Made by a program: the position numbers and the translations under genes | Shown here: positions 46,201 through 58,200 of the stretch, one piece after another | Position numbering within the stretch: position 1 is the first letter of the stretch | How the letters are laid out: every line of letters begins with the position of its first letter | IMG/VR virus record: IMGVR_UViG_2515154105_000002 | Span: 7,105-71,104 of that record | Source of the DNA: a virus | Lineage: Duplodnaviria > Caudoviricetes | Length of the DNA: 64,000 nucleotides | Reading direction: 5' to 3' (one strand) | Notes under the pieces: generated by a model | Database searches by the model: none | What the model was told of the DNA's origin: nothing | Seen by the model: the letters and a program-made list of their open reading frames with translations, nothing else

Positions 46201-49200
46201 GACCGTCGTCGGGGTTCCGTCGATGTCCAGTACGACGACGTCGCCCTTGGCGATCTGGCCGGCGGTCTGGTCGCTGATGCCGGTGACGGGTTCGGTCTGC
46301 GGGGTCTCGTCACGGACTTCGCCGACGACGCGCAGCCGTGAGGCGTCGTGGGTCTGCGGGCCGGTTCCGGTGGAGATGGTGACGCGGTCGCCGTCGACCT
46401 CGTCGACCGCGCCGAGGGTGCCGTTCTCGTTGGCGACGAGCGAGCCGGGCCGGATGCGCTGGCCGGTGGCCGTCCACCCGGCGGGCCGCAGGTCGGTGGT
46501 GTCGTCGGCGGTGAGGGAGGCGGGCGCGATCCCGTTGTCGGTGTCGCCGTCGGCCCAGCGGATGGACACGGTCGTGTCGGTGACGCCGGTGACGGTGCCC
46601 TGGCGGTCGCCGCTGCCGGTGACGTTGGTGCCGGGGAACAGGCCGCGGCCGCGGGTGTCCGTGGCGATGCGGTCGGGCAGGTTGCCGTCGATGACGGCGC
46701 CCTGTGCTCCGGTGGGCAGCGTGGTGGGCGCGTCGGTGTCCGGTGCTTCGGCGCGCGCGGCCGACGCGTTGAGCGGCGTGTAGACGACACCGCGGTCACC
46801 GCTGCGGCCGTCGGGGCTCTCGCTGATTGTTGTGCGCAGCATGTCCTCGGTGCGGCCCCGGCGGGTCACGGACACGGTCTCGGGCGCGGTGAGGACGTAC
46901 CCGGCGCGGGTGACGGCGCGGCCGCGGCGGGTGGTGCCGTCGATGCGGGCCATGTCGCCCTGCTGGAGGTCGCCGACGGCGGCCCAGTGGGCGGGCTGTC
47001 CGCCGATGGGCTCCGGCTCGGGCCGTGTCTCCGGCTCGGCCACCTGCGGGGTGGGCTCGTCTTGGTCGGCGGCCGGCTCCGGGGTGGGCGCGGGCGTGTC
47101 CGTCTGCGGGGCGGCCGTGTCCGGCTGCCCGGACGGGCCCGGGCGGGTGCGCTGCTCGTCGTCGGGCAGCTCGTCGGGGCGCGGCTTGCGCCGGACGACG
47201 CCGAGCGCGGGGCGGACTTCGCGGGTCGGCCGGGTCTGCCCGTCCGGGGCGGTCTGCATGCCGCGGGCGCGGTAGCTGTCGTGGTCCTGCGAGCCGAGGG
47301 CCTGGATGCCGACCGGGGCGTGCCGGTACCGGTCGCCTTCGGTGATGGTGGCGCGGTTGGTGCCGATGGGGTTTGGGCCCGGCTGGAAGCCGTCGGGGCG
47401 GATGACGGTGGGGTGGGTGACTTCGTCGCCGGGCTGCAGGTCGTTGGGGTCGGCGACGACCGTGTACCCGTCGGCTTCCTGCTGCCGGTGCCATTCGTCG
47501 GCCTGCTGACGCCACGCTTCACGCTCGCGGGCGCGGTCTTGCGAGTAACCCCACTGGCCTTCGTTGGGGGCGTGCTCGGTCAGAACGCGGGTGATGGTGT
47601 CCGCGAGGGTCTCGCCGTTCGGGCCGCGGAAGGCGCGGGCGCGCTCTGCCGCGTCCGGCGCGTCCCACGGGAACGGCTGTCCCTCGGCGTCGCGGACGTG
47701 CTCCACCAGGGCGTTCGCGGCCCTCAGTGCCTGCTTCTGGGTGCCGAAGCCCTCCAGGTTGTCGTGGACGACCGGGAGCATGTTGCCCGGGGCGGCGATG
47801 CGGAAGCGGCGGTTGTACTCGGCGCCGTTGCGGGCGGCGTCGTTGGGGTAGATGAGCAGGCGGCCGCCCTTGGACAGGCGGGTGTTCTTGTCGTCGGCGA
47901 TGGCCTGGAGTTCTTCCGCGTTGGGGGCGTCGGTGCGCTGTACGCCGCTGGTGCCCTGCTCGTCGAGCTGCCCGGCACGCAGGTGGTCGCGTACGGCGTC
48001 CAGGTTGGCGAACCGGGGCGCGTTCGGGTCCCGCTCGCCTTCGTCGGCCTGGGGCGCGGCGTCCGGTGCGGCGGCGTTCGCGGCCTGCTGCTTCTGCTGC
48101 TCCGCGTACTCGTGCTGCTCGATGCGCTTCTGGTGGCGGCGCTGCTGCTTGAACTGGTTGTAGGTGATGCGGCCGCCGTTGTTGTCGTACCACTCGATCA
48201 ACTCTTCGCTGGCGTACTGCTTCCAGCGGCCGAACCGGGACAGGGTGCCGCCGGAGAACAGGTCACGCTCGTCGACGGGCGGCAGGCTCCGGCTGTTGCG
48301 GGAGAAGAAGTAGCCGTTGGTCGCATCGATCGCAGCGGAGTAGCGGGCCTCGTCGAAGTCCTGGAACTCCCGCTGCATCCGCTCCTCTTCGGTCTGCGGG
48401 CGGCGGGTGACGTCGGCGTCGCCGAAGCCGAGGGCGGCGTCCATGGCCTTGCCGCGGGCCTCGACCTCTGCGGCGCTGGCCGCGGGGGTGGCGGGGATGG
48501 CGTCGCGGACACGCTGGTCGACGGCGTCACGCCGGTCCATCTCGGCGACGGCACGCTCCTGGTCCTCGGGGGACAGTCCGCGGCCCCAGGCGGCGGCGAG
48601 TTCGTCGTCGCTCAGGGCGGTCAGGTCGTCCGGCAGGGCTTCGGGCTGCGGGGCGGTGGGGGCCTGCGGCTCCGTGTCCTGGTCGCTGTCGCCCTGGAAC
48701 AGGTCGCGGGTCGAGCGCAGGGCCTTGGGCAGGGGGCGGCCGTCGGAGTCGCGCCACTGGTCGAGCGTGTCCGCGGACAGGGGCTCGTTCCAGTCGATGG
48801 CGTGCCCGTTGGCGTCGGGGGTCAGCTCGAACAGGTCGGCGAGCTCGCGGGCCTGCTCGCTGTCGCGGGCGGTGAGCGTGATGTTGCCGAAGCGGCCGCC
48901 GTTGCGGGCCTGCGCGAACTGCCAGGTGCGCATGCCGTCAGGGGTGTCTCCGGGGTCGTCGGTCCAGGTGATCAGGCCGCCGCCCGTGGACAGGGTGAGG
49001 GTGGGGTTGTCGGCGAGGGCGGCAAGGAAGGCGCGCCGCGCGGGCGTGTTCTCGTCGTTGGTCAGCCGGTCGCCGTTGCGCCACGACTGGCGCAGCTCGT
49101 CCATGCTCCGGATCGGCTTGCGGTGGCCGTCGCGGTCACCGCCGGTGCGTCCGTCGCCGCGCTCTCCGCCGTCTCCGTCGCCGCTGGGGGCTTCGTTGTT

Positions 49201-52200
49201 CAGGTCGGGGAGGTGGGGCAGGTCGAGGCCGGGCATGCCCGGGCCGCCGGGTCCGCCGGGGCCACCGTTGTCTCCACCACGGCGGCGACGACGGCGCCGG
49301 CGCTTCCGGTCGTCCTCGTCCTCCTCGTTGTCGGGCTCGTCCGCGTCGGGCTCGTCGGTGTCGGCGCCCGGCGCGTTGCCCTGCTCGCCGTCGTTGTTTC
49401 CGTCCTGGGCGTCGCTGGCGCCTTCGCCTTGGCCGCCGTCCGCGTCCGGGGTCTGCGGGCCTCCGTCGGCCCCTTCGGGGGCTTCGTCGGGTGCCGCACC
49501 GTCGGCGTCCAGGTCGCGGCCGCGGCGTCCGTCGTCGTCTCGCTGCTCGTCGTCCTGGTTCTCCTGCTCCTCGCGGTCGCCTTCGGTGTCGTCGTTCTGG
49601 ACGTCCGGGGCGCCCGGCTCGTTGTCCTGGTCGTTGTCGTCGCCGAGCTGCGGGGCCGCCTCGTTGTCGTCGTCGTTGACGTCCTCGTCGGGGTGGCGGA
49701 GGCGGAGCTCGGCGTCGCGGCTGTAGAACCGCTCCTCGCCGTCCTCGGTGACGATGCGGACGCGGCCGCGGCCGGTCATCTTCGGCGGCTCGGCCACGGT
49801 GTGCGTGCGGCCCTCCGCGTCGATGTACCGGTCGCCCTCGGCGAGTTCGGCGGGGTTGCGCATGTCCACGGGGCGTAGACGGCTGGTGTCACGGCCTTCG
49901 TGGTCGGCGAACATGTCGGGCGTGCCGAACTCGTCGTCGGGCTGGTCCAGGGGGTTGTTCGGGTCGACGACCTGCGGAGCCTGCTCCGGTTCGTCGACGT
50001 CGAACAGGCCGCCCTCGGGCTCGGCCGGGGCGGGCTTCTTCGGCTCCGCCTTCGGCGTACGTCCGGCGCGGCGGTCCTTCTCCGCTTCCAGGACTGCCAT
50101 GCGGGTGCGGTCGGCGCCGGTCAGCTCGCCGTCGGCCATCTCCCGCTCCATCAGGGAGACGATCTCGTCGGCGATCTCCTGGTCGGACATGGCGGTCGGC
50201 GCCTTGACGCCTTCGGGGCGGATCGCGTCGAGCTGCTGGGCGACGTCGTCCTGGTCGAGGGTGAGCGTGCCGCCGTCTTCCTCGCCGTCCGTGGCGCCGT
50301 CGGTTTCGTTCTCGCCCCCGTCGTCCGCCGCCGCTGTGTTCGGGGCGTCGGCCGGCGGCTCGTCGCTGCCGCCGTCCTGGGACCCGTCGGCCTGCGGCGT
50401 CTGCTCCTCGTCCTTGTTCGGCTTCGCCGGGGCGGCCGGGGTCACGTTGTCGTCGACGGGGTTCGGCTGAATCCCTGCGAGGGTGTCGTTCACCTCGTCC
50501 TGGGTGAGGTGGACCGTGTCCTCATCGTCGACGTTCGCCTCCGCGTCGGCGGGGGTGGCGGGCGGCTCCTGCTCCTCGTCCAAGTCCCCGCCGTCGGGGG
50601 CGGCTTCACCGGTCGTGGCGTCGCCGGGGCGGATCTCGTCGAGGGTCTGGGCGACCTCATCGGCGGAGAGCTGCACACGGTCCTGGTCGCCGTTCTCGTC
50701 CCAGTCCTGCTGCGGCTTCTCGGCGCGCTCGGGGGCGGGGAACTTCTCGTCGAACTGCTCCAGGCGCAGCTTGGCGGCGCCGACCGCGGCCTGCAGCGGG
50801 ATGCGCTCCTCGCGACGATCGGCCACGATCTTGGCGCGCTCACTGGGCTTGAGCTTCTTGTCGAGTTCGCTCTCGTCGATCTCGGGCAGCTTGTCGAGGT
50901 CGGCGATCTTGCCGACGACGTCGTCGAGGAGGTTCGCGCGGGCCCGGGCGTGCTGGATCTGCGGCGTGAGGTCTGCGCTCGCCTGGGCGGTCTGCAGCAG
51001 GGCTATCTCTTCGTCGAGGCCGGGCAGGCTGTCGCGGTCGGCTGCCTGCAGATCCGGGGCCTTCTGCAGGGCGTTCTCCAGGCGGGTGATCATGCCCGCG
51101 CCGACGCCCTTCTTCTTCAGGTCCTCCGGGGTGCGCTCGAAGTCGCTGCGGGCCAGGTCACGGAAGCCGACGTGGGCGACGAGCGTGCCGTCGGCCCGGC
51201 GCTCGGTGCGCACTTCGACGTCCAGGCCGCCGAACATGCCGATGACTTTGCTGTCGCCCATGCCGTCGCGGTTGTGCTCCAGCAGTGCGGTGGCGACCTG
51301 CCGGTGCAGCGCCTTGCCGGCGTCCCCGCGGTCCCGGTACGGCAAGCCGCCCATGGTCATGGTGAAGTTGCCGCGCACATCCTGGATACGGGGCATTACC
51401 TCCTCGCGTAGCGCGATGGCTTCGCGGGTGGCCTTGAGGCGGTGCTGCAGCTCGGTGAGGGTTTCGGCGCGGCGGACGCGTTCGGCGGCCTCGTTGTGCT
51501 GGTCGATCTCCAGGTCGCGGAGGCTGCGGCGGGCCTTCATGAGCTGGCTCATGTAGGGGTTGCCGCCGATCTCGGCTTCCATCGTTTCGTAGTCGGGGTA
51601 GTCGACGTCGAGTTCGGTGACGGTGTCGCGGGTGTCGCTGTCGGCCATCTCCGGGCGCTGGATGTCGACCAGGCCCTCGGCCTTGGACGCGACGAATCCC
51701 GCCTTCCAGCCGTCCAGGGAGCCCTTGGTGGCGAAGATGTCGATCTCGACTTCGGCGTTCTGGTTGCCGTAGCGCAGGACGCGGCCGTTGCGCTGCTCCA
51801 TCTGCGCGGCGCCCCAGTCGAGGTCAACGTGCGTGAGGCTGACCATGCGGTTCTGCGCGTTCATACCGGTACCGGCGACGCTGCTGGAACCGATGAGGAC
51901 GGCTATCTCGCCGTCGCGGGCCTTGCGGAACAGCTCCGCGACCTCTTCGGGCTTGCCCTTCTTCTTGACGTCCTGGACGAACGCGATCTTCTCGGCAGGG
52001 ATGCCGCCCGCAACCATCTGCCGCTTGAGTTCGGCGTACGCGTCGAAGCCGCCCTTGTTGTCGCCGCCGGGCACACCCTCGTTCAGGAAGACCATCTGCA
52101 GGGCGCCGGTCACCGGGTGGTCCTCGTCGCTGCCGTAGTACGTCTTGTAGACGCGGTCCTTGTGCTGGTGGTAGCGCTCAACGTGCTTGTCGGCGACGGC

Positions 52201-55200
52201 CTTGAGCTTGTTGCCCGCCGGGGCCTTCGGGTCGATGAGCCGCGGGTCCAGGGCCACAGAGGTGCCCTCGTTGGACACCGTGAGCATGTTGTCGTCGACC
52301 ATCGCCCCCTTGCGGTTGCGGATCGCCTTCGGCTTGCCCTCGTGGATGGCACGGCCGCGGCCGACGAGCCCCTTCAAACGGGCCGTCTGGTCCTTGGTCG
52401 CGCCGACCAGGATCAGGTTCGGGCCGCCGCCCTTCACCTTGGGGCGCGGGATACCGACGTCGTCGGCACGCTTGGTGTCGGCGACCAGGCCCCACATCGT
52501 CTTCATGGCGCGCCGGTTGTGGAACTCGGAGAACCGCTCCACAATCCGCAGGCCGGAGCCGTCGGGCGCGTTCTCCACGCGCAGCGTCTTGCGGCCGAAC
52601 GTGGCGGCCCACAGGTCCGGGGCGCCCGCGTTGTACGAGTCGAGAATCCACGGGGCGGCCAGGGCGAGCATTGTGTACTGCTCGGTGATCGAGTTGGACA
52701 GCGGCGTGCCGGTGGCCAGGGTGACCGTGGCGCGCTCCCCGCGCCGGGTGTGGAGGTCGGTCAGCTTCTGGTGCAGGTCGATGCCGCGGATCGTGGCCGG
52801 GTCGCCGCCGCCCTCCTTGGAGCGGAAACCGACGCCCTTGTAGCGGTGCGCCTCATCGATGACGGCGTAGTCGAAACCGAGGTCGTCCCAGTACGTTTCG
52901 CCCGGGGTGCGCATCGGCGCGGCGTTCTTGCTGATGCGGTTCTGGACCGTCGCGATGCGCTGCTCGATCTTCGCGACGATGAACGGGTGGTCCGGGTTGC
53001 TGGCGTCCTCGTACTGCCGGTCGAGCTGCTCGCGCAGCGCCTCCAGCTCGCGGAACTCGTAATCGTCCTGAGCCTCGGGGCTCATCTTGATCGAGCCGAA
53101 CGCGGGCTCGGTGAAGATGACCAGGTCGGCCTTGTTGGCGCGCAGCCACTCCAAGGTGGCGTCGCGGCGGCCGTCGGCCAGGTCCGCCGAGGTGATCAGG
53201 TGGACGTCGGCGTTCGGGTACAGGAAGCGGGCTTCGTCGTACCACTGCTGTGCGAGGTGGTCGGGGACGACCGCGAACGGCTTCTCGATCTGCCCGGACG
53301 ACTTGAGGGCCTGGGTGCCCATGACGAGCGTGCCCGTCTTGCCCAGACCGACTTCGTGGGCGAGGACGACGGACCGTTCGAACTGCATGCGGGCGGCGCC
53401 GGAGAGCTGCCAGGCGTGCGGGGTGCGGTCGGGCGTGAGGCCGTCCAGGGACGGGCTCATGCCGTCGTACGAACGGACGACGTGCCCGTTCATGATCCCG
53501 TTGTAGGCGTTGGTGAGCGTGGTGAGCCGCTCGCTGTCCGCGGTGGCGTACTTGGCGAACTCCGACCGCATCTGGTCGGCCTTCTGCCGCACCAGGCGGG
53601 ACGTCTCCTCGTCGACGTCCTTCTGCTTGTCGTCGCGGTAAACGGTCAGCGAGCCGTTACCGAGGAGCGCGCGGGCGATCTCGACGGCGGCGCGGCCCTT
53701 GGTGCCCTTCTTCGGGTCGGCGGCGACGCCGTACAGGACGTTGTTGGCCTGCGGGACTTTGCCGGTGTGGAGGATCCACCCGTACCGCTCGTCGTGGGCG
53801 ACATGGAGGGTCTTGTCGCCGAGGTACTCGCGCAGGAAGCCCTGCACCAGCGCGGGCGGTGTCCAGTGCGCGCCCATCTCCGGCGTGAACTCGCCGATGG
53901 TCCGCTCGGGCGGCTGCACTGCTTCGAGCGCGGCCACGTTGACCTGGAAGGCGGGGTCACGCTCGGCGGCCTTGCGGGCGGCTGCGAGCTTGTTGCGCAC
54001 CGCGCCGGACAGGTAGGCGCCGGCCAGCTCGAGACGGCCCGTCGCCGGGTCGGTGAAGACCTCGTTGCCCAGGGCCTGGAGGGCGGCGTCCGGGGTGGTG
54101 TTGAGCAGGCGGGCGATCTCGCGGAGGTCGACGCGGCCGTGCGCGGCGACGACGGCGGACAGCGCCGTCTTGGGGTCGTCGGTCGACTCCAGCGGCTGGC
54201 GGCGGGCGGCCGCGCGCTCGGTGAAGACGCGGGAGAGGACCGGTTCGCCCTTCTCGGCGTCCCACCGCTCCAGCGCGAGGACCGATCCGGCGTCGGGGTC
54301 GAAGCGGAAGTATCCGAACGCGGTCGGGGTGCGCTCCTCCTTGCCCTCCGGTGTCGTGCCGGTCTTCCGCGTGCGGGTCTGGCCGGGCTTGGAAAGGGGG
54401 CCGAACTTGCTGACGTACGCGGTGTGGAGGTCGCCGAGCTGGGCGCGGAGCTTCTCGGCGCGCCCGTCCTCGGCGTTCTTCCGGTCCAGGGTGCGCAGTT
54501 CAGCGGCGACGTCGCGGAGCTGCATGAGGGCACGCAGCTGGTCTGTGCGGCCGTCGGAGGGCTGCACCGGGACGGGGTTGCCGCCGTTGACGTGCTGGTA
54601 GAGCTGGCCGTCGTCGCCCTCGTACAGGCGGCCCGTCCAGTCGTTGGCGTGCTTCTCGCGGGCGGTCTGCAGCACGACGCGCGGCCGGTCGTCGCCGTCG
54701 GGGTGCGGCTCGTAGCCGTTGCCGTCGGCGGTGGCCTTCTCTGCGATCTGCTTGAGGGCGTCACGGAGCTGCTCGGCGGCCTTGCCCGGGTTGCCCTTGA
54801 CGGTCAGGCGCGGCCCGTACGGCGACGACTCCACGGCCAGGTCGCCGAGGACGTGCTCGGGGTGCTCGGTGAAGTAGGTGTTGACGTTCTCGCGGTGGCT
54901 GCCGATCTTCCGCTCGGGGGCGTTGATCCACGACTGGTCACCGGGCTCGTCGCCGTCGGCGCGGCGGCGCAGCACGAGGACGTCGGTGACGACGTTGGTG
55001 CCGGCGTCGTTGAAGACACCGGCGGGCAGGCGTACGGCGCCGACCAGGTCGCCGTACTGGGCGATCTTCTGGCGGGCCTTGGTGCCCTTGGAGTCGAGGG
55101 TGTGCCGGGAGGTGATCAGGAGGGTGATGCCGCCCGGGCGGGTGAGCGCCAACTCCTTGGTGATGAACCCGTTGTGCAGGGACTCGGCCGGGTACCGCTT

Positions 55201-58200
55201 GTCGCCGAAGGGGACGGACGCGAACGGGACGTTACCGATGGCGACATCGAACGTGCCCGGCTCGGCGTCGGTCTCCGCGAAGTTCTCGTTGAGGACGTTG
55301 GCGTCGGGGTAGATGGCCTGCGCGATGCGCGCGGTCGTCGGGTCCAGCTCGATGCCGGTGAGGTGGGCGCCCTCCGGGGACACCCCGAAGAAGGTTCCTG
55401 CGCCGGAGCCTGCCTCCAGGACCTCGCCGCGCTCGAAGCCGAACGCCTTGAGGCCGTCCCACATCGCCTCGGCGATGGGCTGCGGCGTGTAGTGCATCGA
55501 CATGGTGCCGCGCGATGCCTGCCGCCACTCCACGGGTGTCAGCTCGTCGCTGAGCATGGTGCGCAGCTCGCGGTACTCCGCCCAACGGGCGTGGTCCTGC
55601 TCGTACTTGCCGTGCCGGGCGCCGCCCTGCTGGTAGCGCGGCTCCTTTTCCTGCGGCTCGGCCGCGAACATGATCGGGACCGAGCCCCACCCGGTCCAGC
55701 GGGCGAGGGTGCGCTTCTCCTTGTCGTTGGCCGGGCGCTGCTCGCGCTCCAGCCGCTTCATGACGCGGATCGCCTCGACGTTCGCCGCGGCGCGCTGCAC
55801 CGGGCCCTTCGTCGCGGCGTCGGCCGGGTTCGGCCGGAACCGCGGCGCTACATGTCGTACACCGAGTCGCGCAGCGCCTGCAGATCCCGCATCTCCGGCG
55901 TCAGCTCCGGCGCCTGATCGGTCTCCGGCTCCGGCTCCGGCAGCAGCTCCCGCAGCACCTGATCCGTTGCCGTCGCCCTGATCTGCCTGATCTGTCCGGC
56001 GCGGTCCTCGTACTCCGTCGCCGCCGGCACGGTCGTCTCCAGTGCCTCCTCGGCCACCAGAATCGCCGTCTCGATCTCCCTGCCCTTGTTCAGGAAGAAC
56101 TTCTCCGGGTCGGCCATCTCCGCCAGTTCCTTCGGCCGGTACTTCGTCCAGTGGTCCCTGGCCACCTGGCTGTAGACGCTCACCGTCAGCCCCTTCGTCG
56201 TCGTTTGCGAGCGCGGCACGCAGGGCTGCCTGCTGCGCTTCCATGTCTGCGCGGGAGATGACCTTGAGGTCGTCGTCGCCGCCATCCTTGCGTACGGTCT
56301 CCCGCTTCGCGCCGATGGTGTGCAGCGCAGCGTTGATGGAGGCCAGTCGGCTGCGGGCCTTGGAGCGGTCCGAGGAGTCCAGCTCGCGGTCGGTGGACCG
56401 CAGCATCATCTCCCGGGACATCTCTTCGGAGACCCGCTGCAGTTCGGCGAGGAGGCCCTCGGGGATCTCCAGCCGGGCGCCCTTGCCGGACTTCCCGGTC
56501 AGCGGGTTCGTGCCGTCCGACCAGCCGTACTTGTGGCTGGCGAACAGGCTGTAGAGGGTCTGCCGCTCCTTGCTCGCCGTGGTGAAGGAGTCCGCGCGCC
56601 GGTTGCTCTGGTACAGCTCAAAGAACATCTTCGGCACCCACACCGCGCGCGGTGTGCCGTACAGGCGCTGCGGCTCGGTGTCCGGGTCTCCGTCGTACGC
56701 GTCGACGATCGCGGCCAGGGCCTCGGGCAGCGTGGGGTACGCGCCCAGACGCGAACCGCTGCGGCCCTTGCTGGCGTTCCATCCGGCCTTGTAGCCGTAC
56801 TGGTCGGCGCTGTCGACGGCGTGGTAGGTGATCGAGCCGTATCGGGAGCCGTCGACATGAACGGCTTCGGTGTAGGTGCTGGTCGGGCTCGCGTTGGTCT
56901 CTGCGCGGCGGACCTTCGCCTCGCGGCCCTTCATGGCCCGCCGGTTCTGCTCGTCGAAGACCGCCTTCACGCGCTCGTCGAGAGCCTCGCGGGACACACC
57001 GTGGACCGTGCTTCGGTCCTTGTTGAGGGCCAGGAATTCCTTGTTCAGGGCCTCGTCGTCCATGCCAGCCACGTCGGGCCGGTTGCGATACTTGTCGGCC
57101 TTGCGGTTTTCCTTTTCCGCGTACACCGCTCTGTTGCGGGCCTTGAGCGGGCGCTGCTCCTCTGCCGTCAACCGCGGCATGTTGATCGGCAGGCCGACGA
57201 ACTCGCGACTCAGCTCGTCATCCGTGAGGTCTTGGACGGGCTTGCGCTGCTCGATGTTGCGGATCTTGCGGAGCTGCTGTGTCCGCTCGGCGGTCTCCAG
57301 GCGGCTCCCGAGGTCGTTGTAGAGGTCGCGATCTGGGGCGAGGTCGTCTTCACTGCGACCGGGGCCCATCGTCGGGTTGTGGGCGGCCCGGGCGGCGTTC
57401 AGGCGCTTGATGTGCGCGGAGAGGTCCTCGTCGGACAGGTCCTCGGGCGCGTCGGTGCCGTTGAGGGACTCTGTGGTGCGGCGGCGCCGGTCCTCGTACA
57501 GGGCGCGCTCGTCGTCGTTGAGCGCCTCGCCGCGACGGTTGCCGTACGTGCCGCGCTCGCGCTCGGAAGCACGGATCGCGTCGCGGAGCTCGCTGTCGCC
57601 CATCGCCGCGGCCCGCTCCTGTGGGGACTGTGCGGGCTCCGGCGCCTGCGGCTCGCTGGAGTCATTCGTGCCCGGCTTGTTGGCGTCGTCCTGAGTGGCG
57701 CGGCGGCGCTCGATCTCCGCCTCGATCTTCTGCAGCGCGGCCCGCGCCCGCTGCTCGCGCTGCGGCTTCCCCGCCTGCTTGGCGGCCTGCACGTGGAGCT
57801 GCAGGTTCTCGCGGTGCCCCTCCAGGTCCGCCTCGGACATGGCGCGGAGCTTCTTGGTGTCCTCGTCGAGCTGCTGGGCCGGGTTGCGCGTCTCGCCCTG
57901 TGGGGTGGCGTCCTCGTCGACGACGCGGACGTTGCGGCCCTGGCGGGCGAACTCGGCGAGGATGTCCGCGGTCTTGCGGTCGCGGGTCTCCGGCTTCCAT
58001 GTGCCGGTGGTGACGCGCGCGCTCTGCATGCCCGACCACGGCAGCTTGCCGCCGGCGCCGACGGCCTTGTCGTCCTTGGCGTCGTTCTTGATCGTGCCGC
58101 GGATCGCGATGATCCGCTTGCCCTTGTGGGTCGTCCACGCCACGGTCACGTGGTCGGCCTTGGACGGGTCGACGGTGGCCAGGTGGTGGCGGGCGATGAT

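Noticed and set aside
49278-49310. RKRRRRRRRR tract as a targeting signal
   Set aside because: Lies in a disordered linker next to an acidic run; no independent support for a function
45230-49860. Intein/Hint domain suggested by L..GD motifs
   Set aside because: No N-terminal Cys/Ser block, TxxH or terminal HN motif seen; better read as small barrel repeats
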